35,436 bases of DNA from a virus (lineage: Duplodnaviria; Caudoviricetes). This document shows, in pieces, positions 1 to 8,306 of this stretch. Each line of letters opens with the position of its first letter. Position 1 is the first letter of the stretch. The DNA is taken from the IMG/VR virus record IMGVR_UViG_3300012172_000010, positions 1 through 35,436 of that record; one strand, written 5' to 3'. Made by a program: the position numbers and the translations under genes. The notes beneath the pieces are model-generated. The model made no database searches. It was given only the letters and a program-made list of their open reading frames with translations, and was not told where the DNA came from.

Positions 1-1
1 A

Positions 2-454
2 CAAAAAAAACCATATTTAAGAGTATCTGATTTAAATCCAATAGTAACACAAGAAATTGGTAGAGCTTCTCATTACGATTTAGTATTCACTAATGCTAAT
101 AAACAAGATAAAGAAGCAACTATTAATAAAATCAGGATGATGCTTTCTAATCATAAGATTTATATTAATCCTAGATGCGTCACCTTAATACGGCAACTTC
201 GTAACACTAGATGGGCTTCTAATACTAGTAATACAAAGAAGATATTTTCCCGTAGTGGGGGCGAGCATGGAGATGCAATAGATGCACTAATTTATTTAAT
301 ATCTTCAATTAATTACACCAAAAACCCTTACCCAGCTTTTTATAATATGGATACAAGGGATTTGTTTATAAAAAATCCAAATGGTCCAATTCAAAATAAT
401 AACAACTATATAGAGACTTATAAAAAGATTTTTAATATTAAACCAAAAGAATAG
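2..454 (+). CDS. terL: Terminase large subunit, C-terminal nuclease part (5' truncated by window)
   Basis: Frame is open from position 2 (QKKPYLRVSD...) into the listed 137..454 ORF; contains INPRC..LI.QL and HGDAIDALIY (H-x-D-x-x-DAL-x-Y, typical TerL nuclease C-terminus); directly upstream of portal. Confidence 0.85.
   Translation, partial: QKKPYLRVSDLNPIVTQEIGRASHYDLVFTNANKQDKEATINKIRMMLSNHKIYINPRCVTLIRQLRNTRWASNTSNTKKIFSRSGGEHGDAIDALIYLISSINYTKNPYPAFYNMDTRDLFIKNPNGPIQNNNNYIETYKKIFNIKPKE
400..407 (+). promoter_or_regulatory. TAACAACT motif copy (putative late promoter for portal)
   Basis: TAACAACTATATAG inside the terL 3' end, about 55 nt before portal ATG; 8/9 match to the recurring TTAACAACT motif. 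Confidence 0.4.
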
Positions 455-460
455 AGAAAA

Positions 461-2503
461 ATGGACACATCTAAAGTATATTTTGGGGCTAAACCGGCTG
501 AAGAAACCGCTGCTGATTTAATGCAAAGAGCTAGAAGCTTTTATATTACTTTAGAAGCCAATGCCTATCTTATTAAAATCCAACGCATGTGGAGTGCTTA
601 TCATGGTATTTACACTGCTAATTATGGTTTTAATCATCATACCACACAATTCGTAGGAGAACAAGGAGAACTTGTTTTCGTTCCTGTAAATCATTTTCGT
701 AACTTAGCTCAACATATTCTTGTTCTTATTACGGCAGATAGACCTGCCCTTAAAGCTAGAGCGATCAATACTGATTATAAAAGTCTTTCACAAACTGTTT
801 TAGCTGATAGTATTCTTGATTATTATATGCGTCAAAAGGGATTGGAAACAATCATCAGACGCGCCGTAGAATATGCAGTTGTTCTTGGTAGTGGTTTTAT
901 TAAAGTTGAATGGAATGCTACCGCTGGTGAACCTTACGATGTAGATGAAGAAACTGGTGAATTTACTCGTGAAGGTGATTTAGAATTTTCCAATCTTTCC
1001 CCATTTGATGTTGTTGTTGATGGTACTAAAGAATACTACAATGACGACTGGATGCTTTGCCGTACTTTCAAAAATAAATATGATCTTATAGCAAAGTATC
1101 CTGAGTTTGCTGATAAAATCCATGCTTTACGTACTAAAGATGGTAATGATAACTATCGCATTCGTATGTTTACGAATGATGTTACGGATGATATTCCAGT
1201 TTATGAATTTTTTCATAAACCCACAGAAGCCCTTCCCGAAGGTAGATATCTTCTATTTCTAGATGCTACAATTATTCTTTTAGATACTAAAATGCCTTAT
1301 AGACGTGTTCCTGTATTCAGAATTGTTCCTGCTGAAATATTAGGAAGTCCTTATGGTTATAGTCCAATGTTTGATGTTTATCCAATTCAAGAAAGCATCA
1401 ATGCGTTGTATAGTACTATTATGACAAACCAGAATGCATTTGGTGTTCAGAACTTATATATTCCCCGTGGGGCCGATATTAATATTGCTTCACTTCCTGG
1501 TGGATTAAATATCATTGAAGCCAATGGTAAACCAGAACCTCTTCAAATGACTTCAACACCCAAAGAAGTATTTGATTTCTTAGAGATGATGATTCAAACT
1601 GCTGAGACACTTACTGGTATTAATAGTGTTGTTCGCGGTAATCCTGAAACTAATCTACGAACTGGTAATGCATTAGCCCTTGTACAATCAAATGCTATTC
1701 AATTCTTATCTGGTCTTCAAGGTAGTTATATTAAACTATTAGAAAATGTTGGCACTGGTCTTATTGAAATATTAAAAGATTTTGCTAACACTCCTAGAAT
1801 GGTTGAACTTGTTGGTAAAAATAATCGTCCCCTTCTAAAAGAATTTCAAGCCGGTGACATTTCTGAAATTGCTAGAGTAGTAGTAGATGTTGCTAACCCT
1901 CTTTCTAAAACTACCGCTGGTAGATTAGAAATGGCTAATAATCTTACTCAAATGAAACTTGTAGATAGTCCTCAACAATATCTTCAAGTATTAAATACTG
2001 GTAATTTAGATGTTATGTATGAAGGAGAAATGAATGAACTTCTTCTTATTAAATCTGAAAATGAAAAACTTGTTTCTGGACAAAATCCCATTGTTTCACC
2101 ATTAGATAAACATATGCTTCATATTAATGAACATCGTGTTGTAATTGGTGATAGTGAATTAAGAAATAATCCTGAACTCATTAAAATAGTTATGGATCAT
2201 ATTGAAGCACATCTTAATGCCCTACGTAGTACTGATCCTGCTCTATTACAACTTGTTGGTGAACAACCTTTACCTCCACTTCAACCAATGATGCCTCCAG
2301 GAATGACACCTCCACCTGGTATGCCTGGTCCTGAAGCTGGCGGTCCTCCTGGTGTAAATATTCCACAAATGATGCAAGCTCAACAAGGTAATGTTCAAGT
2401 TGGAGAAACTGTTGTTGGTCCTAATGGACAAGGTGTTCAATTACCTAATTTACCAAACCCACCTGCACCATTTCAAATGCAACCAGTAAAACCGGGAATG
2501 TAA
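461..2503 (+). CDS. Portal protein (P22/podovirus-like)
   Basis: 680 aa after terL; P22-like portal signatures (VNHFRNL..H....IT..RP, GSGFIKVEW, SPFDVVVD, YGYSPM.D..PIQE.IN, TGINSVVRG); Pro/Gln-rich tail. Confidence 0.9.
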   Translation: MDTSKVYFGAKPAEETAADLMQRARSFYITLEANAYLIKIQRMWSAYHGIYTANYGFNHHTTQFVGEQGELVFVPVNHFRNLAQHILVLITADRPALKARAINTDYKSLSQTVLADSILDYYMRQKGLETIIRRAVEYAVVLGSGFIKVEWNATAGEPYDVDEETGEFTREGDLEFSNLSPFDVVVDGTKEYYNDDWMLCRTFKNKYDLIAKYPEFADKIHALRTKDGNDNYRIRMFTNDVTDDIPVYEFFHKPTEALPEGRYLLFLDATIILLDTKMPYRRVPVFRIVPAEILGSPYGYSPMFDVYPIQESINALYSTIMTNQNAFGVQNLYIPRGADINIASLPGGLNIIEANGKPEPLQMTSTPKEVFDFLEMMIQTAETLTGINSVVRGNPETNLRTGNALALVQSNAIQFLSGLQGSYIKLLENVGTGLIEILKDFANTPRMVELVGKNNRPLLKEFQAGDISEIARVVVDVANPLSKTTAGRLEMANNLTQMKLVDSPQQYLQVLNTGNLDVMYEGEMNELLLIKSENEKLVSGQNPIVSPLDKHMLHINEHRVVIGDSELRNNPELIKIVMDHIEAHLNALRSTDPALLQLVGEQPLPPLQPMMPPGMTPPPGMPGPEAGGPPGVNIPQMMQAQQGNVQVGETVVGPNGQGVQLPNLPNPPAPFQMQPVKPGM

Positions 2504-2504
2504 T

Positions 2505-2915
2505 ATGGAATATTTAAATAAACCATTTTTTAAATTTCTTATTGGAATAGCGTTAGTATTTGCTCCGGTTAAACAAATGTTAATTACAGCATTTTGTTTA
2601 GTGTTAGCAGATATGCTTTTTGGTATTTTTGCTGCAAGAAAACGTAAAGATCCTATTACATCTGCTGGTTTAGGACGTACTCTTGTAAAAATATTTGTTT
2701 ATAGTATGAGTATTTGTTTAGGATTTTTAACTGAACATTATCTTACTGGTGGAACTTTCCCAATATTAAGTATTATAACTAGTTTAATTGGTCTTACTGA
2801 AATTAAAAGTATTTTAGAAAATCTTAATGAAATTAGTGGTACAGATTTATTACGTTCTATATTAGATAAATTATCTAGTGTTAATTATAAAAAGAAAGAT
2901 GAACCAAATGCCTAA
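2505..2915 (+). CDS. Holin (phage holin 4-like)
   Basis: 136 aa, several hydrophobic segments, D..FG..AARK...ITS.GL.RT..K and E.KSILENL motifs, charged C-terminus. Confidence 0.8.
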   Translation: MEYLNKPFFKFLIGIALVFAPVKQMLITAFCLVLADMLFGIFAARKRKDPITSAGLGRTLVKIFVYSMSICLGFLTEHYLTGGTFPILSIITSLIGLTEIKSILENLNEISGTDLLRSILDKLSSVNYKKKDEPNA

Positions 2916-3084
2916 TTTAGCTGATGGAATTAGACAAAGTTTTCTTAATAACCTTGGTAAAGAAGGTATGGAAAAAGCTTATAATAGGGTTTCTGGTGCT
3001 TCAGAAGATGATGAAGAACGTAAACGTAAGATTAGATTAGCTGCTTTAAAAAAACATATTGACAATTATACTGTAAGAGAGTAA
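2908..3084 (+). CDS. Small hypothetical protein (58 aa, MPNLADGIRQ...)
   Basis: ATG at 2908 overlaps holin end; preferred over the 2878 start. Confidence 0.6.
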   Translation: MPNLADGIRQSFLNNLGKEGMEKAYNRVSGASEDDEERKRKIRLAALKKHIDNYTVRE

Positions 3085-3092
3085 GATGTAAA

Positions 3093-3251
3093 ATGGATGA
3101 TAATCTATTTAAAACAATTGCACCAATATATAAAGAAATTAAAGCTAGTAAACGCCTTACAAAAAAGCGCATTGCTAAGTCTTTGTCTAATTTTACCGAC
3201 CAGTCAAAAAATCCCAACAAATTACTCAAAAAACCCCTCAAAAATGGATAA
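3093..3251 (+). CDS. Small basic hypothetical protein (52 aa, MDDNLFKTIAPIYKEIKASKRLTKKR...)
   Basis: Manually translated ORF filling the gap and overlapping the next ATG at 3244; not in ORF track. Confidence 0.6.
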   Translation: MDDNLFKTIAPIYKEIKASKRLTKKRIAKSLSNFTDQSKNPNKLLKKPLKNG

Positions 3252-3714
3252 TAATACAGAAAAATTTCTTAATATCATCAAGCAAATTGAGAGTAGTGGG
3301 GGTAAAAACGTCAATCATCCCACTATGCAACAAGGAATTCATGCTGGAGATACGGCCTACGGGTCTTATGGACTCATGCCTAATACTGTTATTGATGTAA
3401 CTAATCGTTTACAATCACTAAATAAACTTTCTGATAAGACAAGTCCCATAGTTGGCTTACCAAAAGAACAAATTAATGATTATTTACGTCAAAATCCACA
3501 AGCAGAAGAAGAAGTTGCTGATTTTTTAGCTAGAAATCTACTTGCAAGAATGAAGGGTAATGAAGAATTCGCAGCAAAGGCTTGGAATGCTGGAAGTAAT
3601 CTTCAACCAGAACAAATGGATCAACAAAAATTAATAAATGATCCATATGTTAGCAAATATCGTGAGATTGCCCGTAGACAAGCATTGCAACGATTAGCTC
3701 AACATGTACAGTAA
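3244..3714 (+). CDS. Lytic transglycosylase / lysozyme-like protein (SLT fold)
   Basis: IESSGG catalytic Glu motif, AYGSYGLMPNT and AAKAWNAG resemble SLT motifs; start reassigned to MDNNTEK at 3244. Confidence 0.75.
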   Translation: MDNNTEKFLNIIKQIESSGGKNVNHPTMQQGIHAGDTAYGSYGLMPNTVIDVTNRLQSLNKLSDKTSPIVGLPKEQINDYLRQNPQAEEEVADFLARNLLARMKGNEEFAAKAWNAGSNLQPEQMDQQKLINDPYVSKYREIARRQALQRLAQHVQ

Positions 3715-3817
3715 ATGGCTTTATCTCTCTGGCCATGTATTTTACAGAGCAAATCAAGATAAATACTTCATTCATATAATAAATTTTTCAAGTTATAGTG
3801 TTAAAATTGAAATTTAA
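3704..3817 (+). CDS. Microprotein, 37 aa (MYSKWLYLSGHVFYRANQDKYFIHIINFSSYSVKIEI)
   Basis: Overlaps upstream stop; TAATG-coupled to next ORF; similar to 33282..33455. Confidence 0.55.
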   Translation: MYSKWLYLSGHVFYRANQDKYFIHIINFSSYSVKIEI

Positions 3818-3924
3818 TGAAGATCGAACATATTATCTATTCAGATCGTGTATATTTTAGATATGATAGTTCTGGATTTTTTATTTCAATTATAGAATTC
3901 AATCTTTTTAAATGGTATGAATAA
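3817..3924 (+). CDS. Microprotein, 35 aa (MKIEHIIYSDRVYFRYDSSGFFISIIEFNLFKWYE)
   Basis: TAATG coupling upstream, ATGAATAA overlap downstream; shares VYxR...FIxIIxF pattern. Confidence 0.55.
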   Translation: MKIEHIIYSDRVYFRYDSSGFFISIIEFNLFKWYE

Positions 3925-4063
3925 GAAAGACGACTTTTTATTTTGTTCCTTTACAGAAAAAGCCGGATGGTATTTTTTTAAGGGAAGCTATACTCAAATT
4001 GTTCCCAATCTTGTGTTTTATATTGTCATTGATCCTGTAAAATTTGAAATTAGAGAATATTAA
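3917..4063 (+). CDS. Microprotein, 48 aa (MNKKDDFLFCSFTEKAGWYFFKGSYTQIVPNLVFYIVIDPVKFEIREY)
   Basis: Overlap-coupled third ORF; ends VKFEI like VKIEI of 3704 ORF. Confidence 0.5.
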   Translation: MNKKDDFLFCSFTEKAGWYFFKGSYTQIVPNLVFYIVIDPVKFEIREY

Positions 4064-4100
4064 TAGTATTTAAAAAAATCAAAACAAATAATATAACATT

Positions 4101-4111
4101 TTTTAACAACT
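4101..4111 (+). promoter_or_regulatory. TTTTAACAACT motif (putative late promoter)
   Basis: Intergenic, upstream of scaffold; recurring motif. Confidence 0.6.
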
Positions 4112-4135
4112 ATTACTATTATTACTATAAATCAG

Positions 4136-4191
4136 TGATATACCCTTCATTGTGTTGGGCTATCAACTTTTTTCTACCCTAAATGGGCGAA
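4136..4191 (+). promoter_or_regulatory. Twin hairpins in scaffold mRNA leader
   Basis: TGATA-TA-CCC...GGG-C-TATCA (4136-4165) and TTC-TA-CCC-TAAAT-GGG-C-GAA (4172-4191), just before SD AAAGGA. Confidence 0.45.
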
Positions 4192-4206
4192 TATAAAGGA
4201 TAAATT

Positions 4207-5151
4207 ATGGCTACCGAAAATACTGCTCCCGTTGCTGAAACTGCTTCAGAAGATACCTCTAATAATACCGAAAATCAAGAACAAAGTCAAGAAAATACCG
4301 AAGCTGCACCTGTTGTTGCTGAAACAATACAACAAGCTGCGAAAAAAGAACAAGCTAAGTATTTAAAATCATTAAAACTTAAGGTTGATAAAGGTGAAAT
4401 TGAAGAAGCCCTTCCTTTTGAGATTCCTGATACTGAAGAAGCTCGGGAATATATGACTAAGCATCTTCAACTTTCTAAAATGGGCAATAAACGTGCTCAA
4501 GAGTTTAGTACTCTTCAAAAGGAAGTTGCTGAATTCATTAATATTCTTAAAACTAATCCAAAAGAAGCCCTTCGCAATCCAAATATTGGAATTGATGTTA
4601 AAAAGCTTGCTGCTGATATTTTGGAAGAAGAAATCGAGAATAGTAAGAAGTCCCCTGAACAAGTTGAAAAAGAAAAACTCGAACTAGAACTTAAAGCTAT
4701 TAAAGAAGAACGTGAACGTGAAAAGAAAGACTTCGAAACTCGTGAATTAGAGCGTCTTACTGACTTAGAGTTCCAACGTTATGATGATATGATCAGCAAA
4801 GCTATTGAAAAGACTAAGGATTTACCAAAAAGTCCTTATGTTGTTAAGAAAGTTGCTGAATATATGATGCTCGGACTTCAAAACAATATTGATGTTACTC
4901 CAGATGATGTTATGAAGTTAGTAAAAGATGAAATTCAGAATGATATTAAGGAGATGTTTGGTGCTATGCCTGATGAAGTAGTCGAACAATTCTTAGGGAA
5001 AGACCGTATGTCTAGTATGCGTAAGAAAAATTTAGCTAAGGCTAAAAGTAATCCTACTACTCCAACAAAAGTAGTTGATAGTGGTAATACTACAAAGCCA
5101 AGTAAAAAAGCTGATAAAAAACAAACATATAAAGAGTTTTTTAAATTATAA
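4207..5151 (+). CDS. Capsid scaffolding protein
   Basis: Acidic disordered N-terminus, LKLKVD.GE, QL.K.G.KR.QE, coiled coil, basic C-terminus; between portal and capsid; SD AAAGGA. Confidence 0.75.
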   Translation: MATENTAPVAETASEDTSNNTENQEQSQENTEAAPVVAETIQQAAKKEQAKYLKSLKLKVDKGEIEEALPFEIPDTEEAREYMTKHLQLSKMGNKRAQEFSTLQKEVAEFINILKTNPKEALRNPNIGIDVKKLAADILEEEIENSKKSPEQVEKEKLELELKAIKEEREREKKDFETRELERLTDLEFQRYDDMISKAIEKTKDLPKSPYVVKKVAEYMMLGLQNNIDVTPDDVMKLVKDEIQNDIKEMFGAMPDEVVEQFLGKDRMSSMRKKNLAKAKSNPTTPTKVVDSGNTTKPSKKADKKQTYKEFFKL

Positions 5152-5200
5152 CCCATTGTTTTATTTAATATTTTTATTTATTAAATTTAACTGTTAATAA

Positions 5201-5211
5201 TTTTAACAACT
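5201..5211 (+). promoter_or_regulatory. TTTTAACAACT motif (putative late promoter)
   Basis: AT-rich intergenic, followed by TAGTATAGT. Confidence 0.6.
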
Positions 5212-5282
5212 TAGTATAGTTTTTATTTAATACGCGTTTTTTCAATTAATTGGGTAATACCCTAAGTATAAAGGTATATAGA

Positions 5283-6392
5283 ATGGCTTATGATGCAAAA
5301 AATTCACCTGTCGATGGGCGGCAACTAGAAGTACAACAAATGGTTATTCCAATTGCCTTTACGGGTAGTGCTTCTCCCTCTAGTGTTTCACTTTTGAGTG
5401 ATGAACCCTCAATGGTATTTTTTCGTTCAACGAGTGTTGACCAAATTACAGATGCTCTTCGGGTAGATGAAGTTGCTGATTTCAGTGCGGCGGCGAGTGA
5501 TGAATTTGGTATTGTTCAGTGTTTAGTTAGAATTGGAGAAGATTTAGAAAAAGTTCAAAAAGTTAGTTTAGTTAATCGACATGGATCTAATGTAGGATTT
5601 GCTGCATATTTAGGCAGTGATACTGGTATTACTACTGGCGACGGCGGTGGACAAGATATTATGGTGCTCTTAAATGTTGCACCTGAAGGTGGTGGTAGTT
5701 CTGTTGAATTAGGAACTGCTAGAAGTTATGGTATTTTAGGAGCATCTGCGGTAACTAATACAGGTAATACAGTTGTAACTGGTAATTTAGGGTTATATCC
5801 TGGAACCAGTGTAACGGGATTTCCACCTGGAGTAGTTTCTGGTACACAAGATGTTGCCAATGCTGCTGCTCAAACTGCTCAAACTGCTGCTCAAGCTGCC
5901 TATACTTCACTCTCTGCATTATCAGGTTCAGCAACAGCAATTAATGCAATTCTTGATGGACAAACTTTAAATCCTGGTGTTTATAAAGAATCAAGTGGAA
6001 CTTTTAATCTAGCAACATCAAGCGCCGGAACTTTAACATTAGATGGTGCTGGAGATTATATTTTCATAGCTTCAAGTACTCTTACCACTGGTGCCGGTGG
6101 AATTCCTACAATTACTCTTTCTAACGGAGCGACTGCTGCTAGAGTATATTGGATTGTTGGAAGTTCTGCTACCATTAATGCTGGTAGTGCTGGAACTTTT
6201 CCGGGAGTTATTATCGCACAAGCAAGTGTTACAGATACTTTAGGTGGTATTGTAAATGGAAGTCTTATGGCTCTTACAGGAGCAGTGACTTTAAGTGCTG
6301 CAACTGAAATTAATGCTCAATCGCTTTCTGGCGGTGGTGGATTACCTTCAGCCGATTGTTGTTTAGAAGTAAATTATATTGTTGCTGAATAA
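5283..6392 (+). CDS. Putative capsid decoration/minor head protein with inserted DUF3494 ice-binding-like domain
   Basis: N- and C-terminal parts align with 6541..7005; insert about 5703-6311 has DUF3494 motifs (LGTA.SYGILG.SAVTNTG.TVVTGNLG.YPGTSVTGFPPG, A..AY..L, L.GQTL.PGVY, TLTLDG, YIF..SSTLTT, L.NGA.A..VYW.VGSSATI, F.G.IIAQ.SVT, G.L.A.TGAVTL); ATG 5283 matches paralog start. Confidence 0.85.
   Translation: MAYDAKNSPVDGRQLEVQQMVIPIAFTGSASPSSVSLLSDEPSMVFFRSTSVDQITDALRVDEVADFSAAASDEFGIVQCLVRIGEDLEKVQKVSLVNRHGSNVGFAAYLGSDTGITTGDGGGQDIMVLLNVAPEGGGSSVELGTARSYGILGASAVTNTGNTVVTGNLGLYPGTSVTGFPPGVVSGTQDVANAAAQTAQTAAQAAYTSLSALSGSATAINAILDGQTLNPGVYKESSGTFNLATSSAGTLTLDGAGDYIFIASSTLTTGAGGIPTITLSNGATAARVYWIVGSSATINAGSAGTFPGVIIAQASVTDTLGGIVNGSLMALTGAVTLSAATEINAQSLSGGGGLPSADCCLEVNYIVAE
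5603..5638 (+). repeat. 36-bp perfect direct repeat, copy 1
   Basis: TGCATATTTAGGCAGTGATACTGGTATTACTACTGG identical to 6861-6896. Confidence 0.9.
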
Positions 6393-6540
6393 AAAGGTTT
6401 AAAAATTTTACTTGTTTCTTTCCTGATCGATTGGATCTTACCAGCTAGGGGATCGATACCGAAAAAGAAAATGAACACGTATAGTATAAAGTTTGGAAAT
6501 AATTCCAAATTTAACAAAATAAATAAGAAAGAAAACTAAA

Positions 6541-7005
6541 ATGGCTTATGATGCAAAAAATGCCCCGCAATCAGGTCGCCAGTTAGAAGTTCAAAGATTG
6601 GTTATTCCTGTTCTATTAACAGGCGCGGCTAGTCCTGCAAGTGTTAGTCTTATGTGTGATGAACCAGAATTCGTATTCTTCCGTTCATCTAGCGTAGATC
6701 AAATTACTGCACAATTGGATACTAATGAAACGGCGACTTATAGTGCTTCACCATCTGATGGTTCTGGTGTTGTTCAATGTTTAATTCGAATCAGCGAACC
6801 CCTAGCAAAAATATGTAAGGTTAGTCTTGTTAACCGTAAAGGTGTCAATACTAATATTTATGCATATTTAGGCAGTGATACTGGTATTACTACTGGTACC
6901 GATGGTGGTCAACAAATAATGGCTATCCTAAATGTGGCTAATGCTCTAAACAGTGGTTCTTCAGTGAACGATTGCTGCTTAGAAGTTAACTATATTGTGG
7001 AATAA
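6541..7005 (+). CDS. Putative capsid decoration/minor head protein (insert-free paralog of 5283..6392)
   Basis: 154 aa immediately upstream of major capsid; clear paralogy; function inferred from synteny only. Confidence 0.6.
   Translation: MAYDAKNAPQSGRQLEVQRLVIPVLLTGAASPASVSLMCDEPEFVFFRSSSVDQITAQLDTNETATYSASPSDGSGVVQCLIRISEPLAKICKVSLVNRKGVNTNIYAYLGSDTGITTGTDGGQQIMAILNVANALNSGSSVNDCCLEVNYIVE
6861..6896 (+). repeat. 36-bp perfect direct repeat, copy 2
   Basis: Identical to 5603-5638. Confidence 0.9.
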
Positions 7006-7028
7006 CAATAAATAAAGGAAATAAATAA

Positions 7029-8282
7029 ATGGCTACAGCTAATACGTTTGGTACCCCGAATAATACGGTAGGTAACCTAAATGGTCTATTTAAAGAAGTG
7101 TATGCGGATAAACTTGAAAATCTAATTCCAGACGGAGTTAAGGTTCTTAAAGAGGTCAAGTTCGTCCCTAAGGAAAAACAACCCGGTAACCTCTACCATC
7201 AACCTGTGATTCTTGGTATGGAACACGGTATTACCTTCGCGGCTTCAGATGAAGATGCTTTTAATCTTCAACCTGCCGTTGCTGGTCAAATCAAAGATGC
7301 TCAAGTACGTGGAAATCCTGCGTTACTCCGATCAATCCTTGGTTATAATGCTGCGTCCCGTTCACTAGGAAGTGCTCAGGCGTTCGAATCTGCTACTAAA
7401 TATCTAGTTGCTAATATGATGCGTTCAATGTCCAAATCATTGGAAATTGAAATGTTCTATGGGCAAGTTGGTTATGGTGTGGTTGGTGCTGCTGTCGGTG
7501 CAGATGTTACGGTTTCCACTCCTGAGTGGGCACCTGGTATCTGGGCTGGTGGTGAAGGAATGCCTATTGAAATTCGTAATGCTGCTGGTTCGCTTTCACG
7601 CGGAACTTTCACTATTACCAATGTCAATATGGATACTCGGGTTCTAACCCTTGATTCAAGTGCCTCTGGTGCTGGTGTGGTTGCAACTGATGTTATCTGG
7701 CATAAAGGTGCATATGGTAATGAGTTTCCTGGTATTCACCAGATTCTCACCCAATCATCTGGAACGCTATTCAACATCAACGTTGCTCAATTCAATCTAT
7801 TCCGTGGTAACCAATTCTCAGCGGCTTCTGGTGCGCTAACGTTTGACAAGCTAACGCTTGCTGCGGCTCGCCCAGTGGAAAAAGGTCTAGATGGTCCTCT
7901 ATATACGCTCGTTAACGTGCGTGCATGGGCTGGTCTTCTAAACGATCAAGCTGCTCTCCGATTATATGATAGTTCATATAGTCCTGCTCAGTTAGAGAAT
8001 GGTAGTCAGAAACTAAAATTCTTCTCACAAAATGGAGAACTCATTATCGAGCCTTCCATCTATGTGAAAGAAGGTTACTGCTACATGCTCTCTAAAGAAG
8101 AGTGGATGCGGGTTGGTAGCTCAGACCTAACGTTCCGTGTTCCTGGTCAGGGAGATGAATTCTTCCGCCATCTAACGGATGCGGCTGGTTATGAACTACG
8201 CCTCTGGACTGACCAAGCGCTATTCACGTATGCGCCTGGACATTCAGCGATTGTTACGAATATCGTTAATCCTACTGCTTAA
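7029..8282 (+). CDS. Major capsid protein
   Basis: 417 aa; LNGLFKEVY, G..YHQPV N-terminal motifs of podovirus-type MCPs; strong SD; visibly more C-ending codons (high expression); followed by terminator. Confidence 0.85.
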   Translation: MATANTFGTPNNTVGNLNGLFKEVYADKLENLIPDGVKVLKEVKFVPKEKQPGNLYHQPVILGMEHGITFAASDEDAFNLQPAVAGQIKDAQVRGNPALLRSILGYNAASRSLGSAQAFESATKYLVANMMRSMSKSLEIEMFYGQVGYGVVGAAVGADVTVSTPEWAPGIWAGGEGMPIEIRNAAGSLSRGTFTITNVNMDTRVLTLDSSASGAGVVATDVIWHKGAYGNEFPGIHQILTQSSGTLFNINVAQFNLFRGNQFSAASGALTFDKLTLAAARPVEKGLDGPLYTLVNVRAWAGLLNDQAALRLYDSSYSPAQLENGSQKLKFFSQNGELIIEPSIYVKEGYCYMLSKEEWMRVGSSDLTFRVPGQGDEFFRHLTDAAGYELRLWTDQALFTYAPGHSAIVTNIVNPTA

Positions 8283-8306
8283 TAACCTAAATAGTTATTA
8301 TAATTA

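Noticed and set aside
3097-3243. N-terminal 49 aa of the listed 205-aa ORF (possible SAR/signal anchor on the lysin)
   Set aside because: Region is better explained by the 3093..3251 ORF in another frame coupled to ATG 3244; not fully excluded
5250-5282. TTG-start extension of the IBP-bearing gene
   Set aside because: Paralog starts at MAYDAKN and an SD-like AAGG precedes ATG 5283
5283-7005. Diversity-generating retroelement template/variable repeat pair
   Set aside because: Differences are not adenine-specific, both copies are full genes and no reverse transcriptase is in the window
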